Below are positions 1 through 10,682 of a DNA stretch of 64,000 bases, piece after piece. The notes beneath the pieces are model-generated. The model worked only from the letters and a program-made list of their open reading frames with translations, searched no databases and was not told where the DNA came from. The translations under genes and the position numbers were made by a program. Location of the stretch: contig CAWKMU010000003.1 in assembly GCA_963850905.1 (NCBI GenBank), forward strand, positions 1,600,001-1,664,000, written 5' to 3'. Position 1 is the first letter of the stretch; every line of letters starts with the position of its first letter. Origin of the DNA: an uncultured Gemmatimonadales bacterium (GTDB lineage Bacteria; Gemmatimonadota; Gemmatimonadetes; Gemmatimonadales; Gemmatimonadaceae).

Positions 1-1467
<1,467 letters not shown>

Positions 1468-1471
<4 letters not shown>

Positions 1472-2415
1472 CCGCGGCCGCCGCTCCTCGCTGGGGCGGG
1501 AGCCCCACGCCCGAGGGTGCGGCGGATCAGGGTCGCGCAGCCATGATGCCAGGTGGACGTCCTGCCATTGGGGAGGGCTCGAGCGGCGCAGTGACGACTG
1601 GAGCTGAGGACCGGTCCGCTGCCGTCACGACGCCCACCGACAGTCCGGCGACCGGACTCGAGGGGGGCTCGTCATCGCATGATGAGGGGGTGACCCAGCG
1701 CTTCACCCGCCAGCTCGCCGGGCCGGACGCGCTGCAGCTCATCATCGAAGTCGCCCACGACATGCGGTCGCCGCTCGGGTCGATCCTCTTTCTTGCCGAA
1801 CGGCTCCGGAGCATGCAGAGCGGGCCGCTCACGCCCGTGCAAGAGCGGCAGATCGGCCTTATCTACAGCGCGGCGTTCGGACTCAGCGCGCTCGCCGGCG
1901 ACGTCATCGAGCTCGCACGCGGCGGCGAAGGGCTGGTGCATCAGCGGCCCGTCCCGTTCTCGATCGCCGACGTCATGCAGTCGGTGCGCGCCATAGTACA
2001 GCCCATCGCGGAGGAGAAGGGACTGGCGATCCGGGTCGTGCCGCCGCCCGCGGACTCCCGAATCGGGCAGCCGGCGGCGCTCAACCGGGTCCTGCTCAAC
2101 CTCGCGACCAACGCGTTGAAATTCACGTCGACCGGCTCGGTCGAGGCGGTCGCCACGCAGCGGTCGCGCACGCGCGTCGAGTTTACCGTGCAAGACACCG
2201 GTCGCGGCATTCCCGACGAGGTGATGGCCACGCTTTTCGACCCGTTCCGGCGCCGCGAGCACTCCGACGTGGTGACATTTTCCAGTGCCGGTCTCGGCTT
2301 GGCGATCAGCCGCCAGCTCGTTGCCTCGCTAGGCGGCGACCTGTGCGTCACCACGTCGGGAGCGGGCACGCGATTCTCCTTCGAGATCGAGTTGCCGCTC
2401 GCGCAGAAGCTCTAA
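1468..2415 (+). CDS. Cytoplasmic sensor histidine kinase (HisKA + HATPase_c) with no evident sensor domain
   Basis: H-box AHDMRSPL, N-box LLNLATNALKFT, G1 DTGRGI, F-box LFDPF, G2 GLGLAI; ATGA overlap with the upstream regulator. Confidence 0.88.
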
Positions 2416-2559
2416 GGGTTCATTAAGTTTCGCCGAGCGGCGCTGTGTTGCACGGCGCTGTCTCGGACAGCTTCGTGACGGGGCAAGCGGCGGGCGGCGC
2501 ATGCATCGCCCCTACCCGGCCAACCCGTACTCCTCTCTTCTGCGTCCTGCGTAACTGGA

Positions 2560-3867
2560 ATGGCCGACACAATCGAGATCAAGGACTCTCGCACCGGTAA
2601 GAGCTACACGGTGCCGATCAGCGACGGCGCCATCCGCGCCTCCGATCTACAACAACTCCACCTCAAGGCCGACGATCATGGCCTCTTGAGCTACGACCCG
2701 GCGTTCATGAACACCGCCGCGTGTCGCAGCGCGATCACCTTCATCGACGGCGACAAGGGCATTCTCAGATATCGGGGCTACCCGATCGAGCAGTTGGCGG
2801 AACGAGCCAGCTTCCTCGAGGTTGCGTGGCTGCTGCGTCATGGAGAGATCCCGACACAGGACCAGTACGACGCGTTCGTGCACGACATCACGTACCACAC
2901 GTTCGTGCATGAGAACATCAAGAAATTTCTGGAGGGGTTCCGCTACGACGCGCACCCCATGTCGATGCTGTGCAGTGCCGTCGCGGCACTCTCCTCGTTC
3001 TATCCCGAATCCAAGAACATCTTCGATCCGGTCGAGCGGAACATCTCGATCATCCGGTTGCTCGCGAAGCTCCCGACGATCGCGGCGTTCATCTACAGGC
3101 ACATGAAGGGGCTGCCGTTCGTCTATCCCGACAACGAGCTGTCCTACAGCGAGAACTTTCTGTCGATGGTCGCGCGGATGAGCGAGCCGCGGTACCGGTC
3201 CAACCCCGTGTTCACGCGGGCGATCGAGGTGCTGTTCATCCTGCACGCCGATCACGAGCAGAACTGCTCGACCAACGCCGTCCGTGGCGTCGGGTCGTCG
3301 CACGTCGACCCGTACTCGGCGCTCACCGCGGGGATCGCGGCGCTCTACGGTCCTTTGCACGGCGGCGCGAACGAGGCCGTGCTGCGCATGATCGAGGAGA
3401 TCGGTGACAAGTCCCGTGTCCCCGCCTTCATCGAGGGCGTGAAGAAGGGATCCGGGCGGCTCATGGGGTTCGGTCACCGCGTCTACAAGAGCTACGACCC
3501 CCGCGCCAAGATCGTGAAGCAGCTCGCCAACCAAGTTTTCGAGTCCGTGGGCGTCGATCGCGACCTGGAAATCGCGCTCGAGCTCGAGCGGATCGCGTTG
3601 CAGGACGACTATTTCGTATCGCGCAAGTTGTACCCGAACGTCGACTTCTACACGGGACTCATCTACCGCGCGATGAAGTTCCCCACCTCGTTCTTCACGG
3701 TGCTCTTTGCGATCGCCCGCACTGCCGGCTGGCTCGCGCAGTGGGAAGAGATGCTACAGGACAAGGAGCAGAAGATCGCGCGCCCGCGGCAGATCTACAT
3801 TGGGCCGGCCGAGCGGCCGTACGAGAGCTCGCTGAGGAAAGTGATTATTACGCCGGGCAGGGTGTGA
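2560..3867 (+). CDS. gltA: Citrate synthase
   Basis: ITFIDGDKGILRYRGYPIEQLA, LHADHEQN, GPLHGGANEA, GFGHRVYK, YPNVDFY motifs. Confidence 0.97.
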   Translation: MADTIEIKDSRTGKSYTVPISDGAIRASDLQQLHLKADDHGLLSYDPAFMNTAACRSAITFIDGDKGILRYRGYPIEQLAERASFLEVAWLLRHGEIPTQDQYDAFVHDITYHTFVHENIKKFLEGFRYDAHPMSMLCSAVAALSSFYPESKNIFDPVERNISIIRLLAKLPTIAAFIYRHMKGLPFVYPDNELSYSENFLSMVARMSEPRYRSNPVFTRAIEVLFILHADHEQNCSTNAVRGVGSSHVDPYSALTAGIAALYGPLHGGANEAVLRMIEEIGDKSRVPAFIEGVKKGSGRLMGFGHRVYKSYDPRAKIVKQLANQVFESVGVDRDLEIALELERIALQDDYFVSRKLYPNVDFYTGLIYRAMKFPTSFFTVLFAIARTAGWLAQWEEMLQDKEQKIARPRQIYIGPAERPYESSLRKVIITPGRV

Positions 3868-3902
3868 GGGGCTGAACGGCGGGGTCTGGGGTTTGGGGTT
3901 TG

Positions 3903-4116
3903 GGGGAACTACCACGACACTTGCGATCCGGCGGGTAGGGGCGACGCAATGCGTCGCCCTGCGGCGCGGCGTCGCGATCGATGATTCGTCGCCGCCCGAA
4001 CGCCTATGCACAGGCATCATGCCCGGTTCCGCCAACGGCGGGCGACGCATTGCGTCGCCCCTACCCGCCGGTGTCATATGTCGTGGTTGTTCCCCATCCA
4101 ACGTCTAACGTCTAGC
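3903..4116. repeat. Palindromic REP-doublet element A1 (GTAG-type, REPIN/MITE-like) with heptamer flank
   Basis: GTAGGGGCGACGCAATGCGTCGCCC at 3935-3959 and its reverse complement at 4040-4064; outer inverted repeat GGGGAAC(T/A)ACCACGACA; near-identical copy at 6752-6965. Confidence 0.9.
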
Positions 4117-4821
4117 TCTTTGCCCGTACTTGCACTGTGCTCGTACCGGACATCTCTCGCACCCCGGCTTCCTCGCCGTACATATCAACGCGCCGAGCTC
4201 CATCAGCGCCTGATTGTGCGTATACGCCACCGCGCCCGAGCGCGGGAGGATGTGCTCGGCGATGCCCCACGCCACTCGGCGCCCCGCCGCAGTACGAGGA
4301 TCGTAGCGCGGAGCGAAGACGCGGGTGAGCACCCGGGCGACGTTGGTGTCGACGAGGGCGGCGGGGCGTTCGTAGGCGAAGGAGGCGACGGCGCCCGCCG
4401 TGTAGGGGCCCACTCCGGGTAACTGTCTGAGCGCCGCCGGCTCTGGCGGCAAGGTCCCCCGGGGCGGCGGCGAGATGATGCCGTCGTGCGGAGCCGGGTC
4501 GGTCTCGATCAGCTGTCGAGCGAGTGCGTGCAGGTTCCGCGCGCGTGCGTAATAGCCGAGCCCCTGCCACGCCTCGTTGACTTGCGCAGGCGTCGCCGCG
4601 GCGACGGATGCGAGGGTCGGAAAGCGATCGAGGAAGGTGGCGTATCGGTCCACCACCCGCGCGACCTGTGTCTGCTGCAGCATGAGCTCGGAAACGAGTA
4701 CACGGTACGGATCGCGGGTGCGCCGCCACGGCAGATCGCGCGCGTGGGCGCGGTACCACGCCCTGAGTCGTCGTCCGAACGGGCGAAACTGGGACAGCGG
4801 CGGTCGCATCTTCGCGTGCAT
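4105..4821 (-). CDS. mutY: A/G-specific adenine glycosylase, short form (start uncertain)
   Basis: RDLPWR, VSELMLQQTQV, WQGLGYYARARNL, HhH LPGVGPYTAGA, VDTNV, Fe-S motif CTARKPGCERCPVRAQC. Confidence 0.92.
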   Translation of the reverse strand: MHAKMRPPLSQFRPFGRRLRAWYRAHARDLPWRRTRDPYRVLVSELMLQQTQVARVVDRYATFLDRFPTLASVAAATPAQVNEAWQGLGYYARARNLHALARQLIETDPAPHDGIISPPPRGTLPPEPAALRQLPGVGPYTAGAVASFAYERPAALVDTNVARVLTRVFAPRYDPRTAAGRRVAWGIAEHILPRSGAVAYTHNQALMELGALICTARKPGCERCPVRAQCKYGQRARR

Positions 4822-4846
4822 GTGGCGACGGGCGCTTCGCGCCACG

Positions 4847-4873
4847 TAGAGAGGAGAAAGGAGAAAGGAGACG
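4847..4873. repeat. Purine-rich heptamer tandem repeat TAGAGAGG(AGAAAGG)nAGAC
   Basis: Same pattern at 15635-15670 (+) and 58218-58250 (-). Confidence 0.6.
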
Positions 4874-4988
4874 ACGACTCAAGCCCGATGGGGATGGTGC
4901 CATAAGGTGCATTGGACGCGTCGCCAGGTCGATTACCATCCAATTCCTGGTGGATCGCAGGCTCAAGCTTCTGGTTATACTGCTGAGT

Positions 4989-5005
4989 CTGGCGTGTAGT
5001 GTGCT
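4989..5005 (+). promoter_or_regulatory. Possible sigma54 -24/-12 promoter upstream of glnA
   Basis: CTGGCGTGTAGTGTGCT has GG(4991-4992)-N10-GC(5003-5004). Confidence 0.35.
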
Positions 5006-5100
5006 GTGCACATTCGGCACTAGTCTGGAGACGCAACGCGGACTGGTGCACGTGTTCCAGACTTTTGTCACCAGAAACCAGCACTTCGTGCACAGTTCTG

Positions 5101-5129
5101 TTGACAGCCGATCGAATCGCCTATAAGAT
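5101..5129 (+). promoter_or_regulatory. Sigma70-type promoter for glnA
   Basis: TTGACA (5101-5106), 17-bp spacer, TAAGAT (5124-5129). Confidence 0.75.
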
Positions 5130-5246
5130 TGGTCCTTCCCCAGACCACTCCTGGTGCGACACACAGCGTTGGTGAAACGCGGCGTTTTCCATTGGATCGA
5201 CCTGGTGTGCCGCCACGCCCCCACTCCGAGCCTGTGAGGATCGACG

Positions 5247-6728
5247 ATGGCCACGACGCTAACCGAGCCCACGAGCCGACCGCTTGCCGGGCCCCCGGTG
5301 GCACGACCGGTCGGCAATGTGCAGCATGTGATCGACCTGATTCGTGAACGCGGGATCCAGGTCGTCGATGTGAAATTCTCGGATTTGCCGGGACAGTGGC
5401 AGCACTTTTCGTTGCCGGCGAAGGACTTTGACGGGGAAGTGTTCGAGGAGGGGCTCGGGTTCGACGGATCGTCGATTCGTGGGTTTCAGGCGATCAACGA
5501 GAGCGACATGCTGCTGCTCCCGGATCCGGCCACGGCGTTCGTCGACCCGGTGCTCGAGACGCCGACGCTCTCGATCATCTGCGACGTGTACGACCCGATG
5601 ACGCACGAGCCGTACACTCGCGACCCCCGATTCATCGCGCGCAAAGCCGAGGCATATCTGCCGAAAAGCGGCATCGCGACGACGTCATTCTGGGGGCCAG
5701 AGGCTGAGTTCTACATCTTCAACTCGGTACGCTTCGATCAGAACGCACACGAGGGCTACTATCACATCGACGCGGAGGAGGGGATCTGGAACTCCGGCCG
5801 CAACGGCACGCCGAATCTCGGTCATCGTCCGCGGCACAAGGAAGGGTACTTTCCTGTGCCGCCGGTCGACCGGCTGCAGGACGTGCGCTCCAAGATCATG
5901 CTCGCGCTGATCGCGGCCGGGGTGCCGGTCGAAGTGCAACACCACGAGGTGGGGACGGCGGGGCAGGCGGAGATCGACTTCCGCTTCGGTACTCTGGTGC
6001 AGACTGCCGATCGCTCGATGGCCTTCAAGTACATCGTCAAGAACGTCTGCCACAACCTGGGCTACACGGCGACGTTCATGCCCAAGCCGCTGTACGGCGA
6101 CAACGGCTCGGGGATGCACGTGCACCAGTCGCTGTGGAACGGCGACACGAATCTCTTCTGGGATGCGTCGGGCTACGGCGGCCTGTCGGAGATGGCGCGC
6201 TACTACATCGGCGGTCTCATCGCCCATGCGCCGGCGCTGCTCGCGCTCTGTGCTCCGACGACCAACAGCTACCGGCGCCTCGTGCCCGGGTACGAGGCAC
6301 CCATCAACCTGATCTACTCGAAGCGCAATCGATCGGCCATCTGCCGCATCCCCATGTACTCGACCAGCCCGAAGTCCAAGCGCATCGAGTTCCGCGCGCC
6401 CGATGCGACGGCCAACCCTTACCTGGCGTTCGCCGCGCTCCAAATGGCAGGTCTCGATGGAGTGAAACGGCGGATCGAGCCACCGGCACCGATCGACGAG
6501 GACCTGTACGAGCTGCACGATGCGCGTCGCTCGCTCATCAAGAACACGCCCGGATCACTGGGCGAGGTGCTGGATGCGCTCGAGCGCGATCACGCTTTCT
6601 TGCTCGAGGGGAATGTCTTCACGAGCGACGTGATCGAGACGTGGATCACCATGAAGCGCACCAAGGACGTCGCGGCCGTCGGGCTCCGGCCGCACCCGTA
6701 CGAGTTCTTCCTGTACTATGACGCATAG
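5247..6728 (+). CDS. glnA: Glutamine synthetase type I (beta-like)
   Basis: FDGSSIRGF, HHEV, TFMPKP, NGSGMHVHQS, RIEFRAPD, adenylylation-site-like DLYEL, C-terminal PHPYEFFLYYD. Confidence 0.98.
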   Translation: MATTLTEPTSRPLAGPPVARPVGNVQHVIDLIRERGIQVVDVKFSDLPGQWQHFSLPAKDFDGEVFEEGLGFDGSSIRGFQAINESDMLLLPDPATAFVDPVLETPTLSIICDVYDPMTHEPYTRDPRFIARKAEAYLPKSGIATTSFWGPEAEFYIFNSVRFDQNAHEGYYHIDAEEGIWNSGRNGTPNLGHRPRHKEGYFPVPPVDRLQDVRSKIMLALIAAGVPVEVQHHEVGTAGQAEIDFRFGTLVQTADRSMAFKYIVKNVCHNLGYTATFMPKPLYGDNGSGMHVHQSLWNGDTNLFWDASGYGGLSEMARYYIGGLIAHAPALLALCAPTTNSYRRLVPGYEAPINLIYSKRNRSAICRIPMYSTSPKSKRIEFRAPDATANPYLAFAALQMAGLDGVKRRIEPPAPIDEDLYELHDARRSLIKNTPGSLGEVLDALERDHAFLLEGNVFTSDVIETWITMKRTKDVAAVGLRPHPYEFFLYYDA

Positions 6729-6730
6729 GT

Positions 6731-7008
6731 GCTAGACGCTAGACGTTGGATGGGGAACTACCACGACACTTGCGATCCGGCGGGTAGGGGCGACGCAATG
6801 CGTCGCCCTGCGGCGCGGCGTCGCGATCGATGATTCGTCGCCGCCCGAACGCCTATGCACAGGCATCATGCCCGGTTCCGCCAACGGCGGGCGACGCATT
6901 GCGTCGCCCCTACCCGCCGGTGTCATAGGTCGTGGTCGTTCCCCATCCAACGTCTAACGTCCAGCGCCTAGCCTCTACGCGTCCAGCGTCTAGCACCTAG
7001 CCTCTAAC
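6731..7008. repeat. Palindromic REP-doublet element A2 with inverted heptamer arms
   Basis: REP copies at 6784-6808 and 6889-6913; left arm GCTAGACGCTAGACGTTGGA, right arm of CGTCTAA/CGTCCAG/CGTCTAG units. Confidence 0.9.
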
Positions 7009-7017
7009 CTCACCGCG

Positions 7018-8743
7018 CTAAAGCCGGAACAGCACGGCCTCGGGCGTCGCCGCGAGGACGGTGAACTGCCGGCGCATTTCGGTCTCGAAGCCCGGTCGCC
7101 AGGCGAACGTCCAGCGCTCGACTATGTAGTAGTGCACGCCACGATCTGCGAGCGCGTACGCATTAGCCAACGTGTTGTCTTGCGTGCACAGACTGAAGCC
7201 CTTGTGATCTGTCCAGTAGAAATACCAGGGCGACTCGAAGGCCGACTCCGTCTTGGCGTCGACACAATACCCGCCGCTCGCTGCGATGGGCACACCGGGC
7301 GGAATGAGCGGCGCGAATAGACGAGCGGTCTGGTACGCCGCGACCATCCGGTCGGGATGCCGCTCCGTGGCGGTGATCTTGACGGTCGAAACGAAGGCGA
7401 TGAACAGGAACGAGATGAGCGTCCCGGTCGCCACCGCTTGTCGGGCCGGTGGATCGTCGCTGCCTCGAGCGCCTCGCTGCCAGGCGAGCAAGACGGTTGC
7501 GACGGCTGCGGCCACCAGTACCACACCCGCGCCCAGTCCGAAATGGTTCGCCGCGACCGAGGCGATAAGGACGCAGAGACAGGCGATGCCGACGCGTTGC
7601 CAGTCCCGGAGATCGTGGCGGCGCAAGCGCTCGGCGGCGACCGCGCCGGCCCATCCGACCAGCAACGCCACGGGCGGAAGCGCGACAATGTGATAGTAGG
7701 TGCCCCACGGATATGCGCTGGTGCCGGCAATGACGAGGTAGTAGATGAACACCGCCGCGTACCAGAGTAGCCCGTACCCGAGCCCCGGGAGCCGTGGCCC
7801 CAGCGAGACCGCAATCCCGACGGCCAGCAGGCCGCCCAGAGACCAGAATGTAATGCACATCGATGCCGACGATTTGCCGCAGGTAGCCGGGGTTCGTGAG
7901 AGCCGCGAGTCCCACGATGTGTCGATGGTTGGACGCTCCCAGTGAATTGCCATAGACCAACCAGAATTCCCGCGCATGAGCGTACCAAAGCGCCGGCGGC
8001 ACGAGCGCGGCGATCGCGAACGCCCACAACCGCCAATCCTTCAGCACTTGCGGTCCCTTGCGCCACAGCGCGAGGAAGACAAACGCGAGTCCGATGTGTG
8101 CCGCTGGTGCCTTGGCGAGGATGGCGAAGGACGTCAGCGCGAGCGCGGTCCAATACCACCGCCAGCGGTCTTCATCCAGCCAGCGAATGAACGCGTACGC
8201 CGCGCCGACGTAGCCGAGAAGCATGAACGGCTCCGGCTGGATCGCAGTCTCGAGACGCATCGCAACTGGATTGACCGCAAAGAACAGCCCCGCGATGACC
8301 GCACCAGGTGGCGGCAGCACATACGCGGCGAGTCGCACGATGAGCAACAGCGTGGTGAGTGCCGCCAGGTATGAGAGGACTCGACCGATCTGTTCGTGAA
8401 AGCCGAGGAGCTTGTAGCCGGCAGCGATCATGTAGGGGTAGATCGGGAATTCCATCTCCACGTATCCGGGGCCATCTCTGCGCCAGTCGATGCGTGGCGA
8501 CGTGATGTGCATCCCCTCGCGCGCAAAATTGCGAGCGATGCCGCCCACGTCGGTCTCGCGCCACGTCTCCCAGCTATGGCCATCGATCGGGTGCCACACA
8601 TTCATGGCGCCCACCGCCGCTCCAACTGCCAGGATGCACAGCACCACCGACCAGGAGAGCCGTTGCCGAGCCTGCGCTGCGCGGGGCGTCGACAGCGATC
8701 GGGCCTGGCGATCGGGCGGGGCGGCGGTTGTTCCTGCAATCAT
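7018..8743 (-). CDS. GT39/ArnT-like multi-pass membrane glycosyltransferase with one +1 frameshift near 7845 (probable sequencing error)
   Basis: WRETDVGGIARNF...PRIDW...EFPIY N-terminal motif and many TM helices; ORF 7163..8914 hands over to ORF 7018..7977 at CATTACATTCTGGTCT. Confidence 0.75.
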
Positions 8744-9198
8744 TACTTCACTTCGACCCGTTGGCGCAGCCGGCGCAGGGCGTCGCTTGGTTGCGGGAAT
8801 GCGAGCAAAACGAGTGACGCGGTGGACGCATATATCGCGCCCGGTCCAGCCCGCGATGGAACCCGCGAACGCGCTGTCGAAGGCGACATGGCCCAGATCA
8901 TCGTGCGCTGTCACGCCGCAAGGCGAGGCTACGACGCATCACCCACATGCGTACCCCGACGGGTCCAGGCAGGCGCCGCTCGATCGTGGAATGTCCCTAA
9001 GTGTCGTCGCTGTAAGCTGTTACATATTAGCGTCAGTGTTACCAGAGGGGGACCATAGTCGGAATATTTCTTGCCCCTAGAGGCGCGCGGCTCGAGCCCA
9101 GGCCTGGTTCGTCCGCGAGTGCACGAATGACTGCCAACGCGGGCCGCGTCCCACAGAACTCCGTCGTGTGCCGCGCTACGCCGCGTGATGAACCCAGG

Positions 9199-9214
9199 TG
9201 TGAGTCACATCACA
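9199..9214. promoter_or_regulatory. CRP-family operator-like palindrome
   Basis: Exact TGTGA-N6-TCACA (TGTGAGTCACATCACA) in the divergent intergenic region. Confidence 0.55.
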
Positions 9215-9341
9215 AGTGATGCGCCACCGATCGGATGCATGACATACGACCTGTTTGGTCGGCCCACCCGGGTCCGAGCCGAATGATTAGGTGCCCGACA
9301 GCGAACGCCTCAAATCCGGCAGGACGGACACGGACAACACC

Positions 9342-10646
9342 ATGACGACTACCATCAGACGGCCGACAGATCTTCTTGCGAAGCCGTTCGACGCCTCGAT
9401 CACGAAAGCCGATGGCGTGCCGACGGTTCGACACCCGCAACATTTCACACGCAAGGAACCGGTGCCGGCCCAGGGCATCGCCTCGGCGGTCTCGTGCATG
9501 CAGACGGGCGAGATGTTCCGCTACGGAGCGAAGAACCCCGAAACGTCACAGGTGCTTCAGCTGGAACGCGAGTTCGCCGCCCGCATGGGCACCAAGTACG
9601 CGCTGGGTGTCAACTCCTGCAGTAGCGCGATCCTGCTGTCGTTGCTCGCGAGCGGAGCCAAAGCGGGCGATACCATCCTCGTGCCAGGATTCACGTTCAC
9701 AGCGGTGCCGAGCGCGGTCGTCAATCTCGGGCTCAAGCCCTGCTTCGTCGAGGCGGACCGCAACTATCGCGTCGATCTCGATGACCTCGCGTTCAAGGCG
9801 CGCACCTCGAAGATCTTTCTCATCTCGCACATGCGCGGGCATCTGTCCGATATGGGGGCGGTTGCCGCAATCTGCGAAGCCAACGGATTGACTCTTATCG
9901 AGGATGCGGCGCACGCGCTGGGGTCGCGGTGGGGCGGGAAGCTCATCGGGACCTTTGGCGCGGTGGGCTGCTATAGCGCGCAGTCGTACAAGATCCTCAA
10001 TGCCGGCGAAGGCGGGCTGATCACGACCGACAGTGAGGAGATGATCGCGGAGCTGGTGTATCGCTCCGGAGCCTACGAGGAGCTGCATCAGCGACACGGG
10101 ATCGCCGCTCCGTCGTTCGAGCGATTTCGCGACCGCTTCCCGATCAACAATCTGCGCATGAGCGAAATCACCGGTGCGGTCATCCGGTCGCAGCTCGGCC
10201 AAATCGACGCGCGAGTCGCCCAGTACCGCCAGAACTACGACTACCTGGTGGCTCGACTGGCCGAATCGCCGGATATCGAACTACCAGAAGCGGACACTCG
10301 AGAAGAGCGGGTGCCGGATTCGATTCAGTTCAGACTCAAGCAGTTCGCGCCCGCACAGGTCGCAGAGTTGCTCCGGATCGTAAAGGGCGCCGGTCTGCCG
10401 CTCTCCGCCTTCGGTGTCGACAAGGGCAACGCGCGGTTCTACCGCAACTGGGGATACTGTGATGTGCCCAACCTCCCCCGCACGGAGGCTGCGATCCTGC
10501 ACAGCTGCGATGTGCGTCTGCCGTGCTCGCTCACGCGCGATGACCTGGACGATCTCGTGAACGTGGTACTCGCCGCTATCGAAGCGGTCCGCAGCGGCGC
10601 ACAGAACAGAACACCCGCCGCTCCAGCACTGGTGACCGACGCGTAG
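9342..10646 (+). CDS. DegT/DnrJ/EryC1/StrS family PLP-dependent aminotransferase
   Basis: LEREFAA, NSCSSA, PGFTFTAV, IEDAAHALG, SAQSYKILNAGEGG (PLP lysine). Confidence 0.9.
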   Translation: MTTTIRRPTDLLAKPFDASITKADGVPTVRHPQHFTRKEPVPAQGIASAVSCMQTGEMFRYGAKNPETSQVLQLEREFAARMGTKYALGVNSCSSAILLSLLASGAKAGDTILVPGFTFTAVPSAVVNLGLKPCFVEADRNYRVDLDDLAFKARTSKIFLISHMRGHLSDMGAVAAICEANGLTLIEDAAHALGSRWGGKLIGTFGAVGCYSAQSYKILNAGEGGLITTDSEEMIAELVYRSGAYEELHQRHGIAAPSFERFRDRFPINNLRMSEITGAVIRSQLGQIDARVAQYRQNYDYLVARLAESPDIELPEADTREERVPDSIQFRLKQFAPAQVAELLRIVKGAGLPLSAFGVDKGNARFYRNWGYCDVPNLPRTEAAILHSCDVRLPCSLTRDDLDDLVNVVLAAIEAVRSGAQNRTPAAPALVTDA

Positions 10647-10682
10647 TCCAGGTAGGTGCGTGGAGGCGCAGCAGTGCGGCGG

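Noticed and set aside
3754..4108. Small ORFs containing RVGATQCVA / RRATHCVAPT (also near 6732 and 23488-24020)
   Set aside because: These are translations of the REP elements, not genes.
5130..5246. Glutamine (glnA-motif) riboswitch in the glnA leader
   Set aside because: I could not find the conserved core by eye; an Infernal search would settle it.
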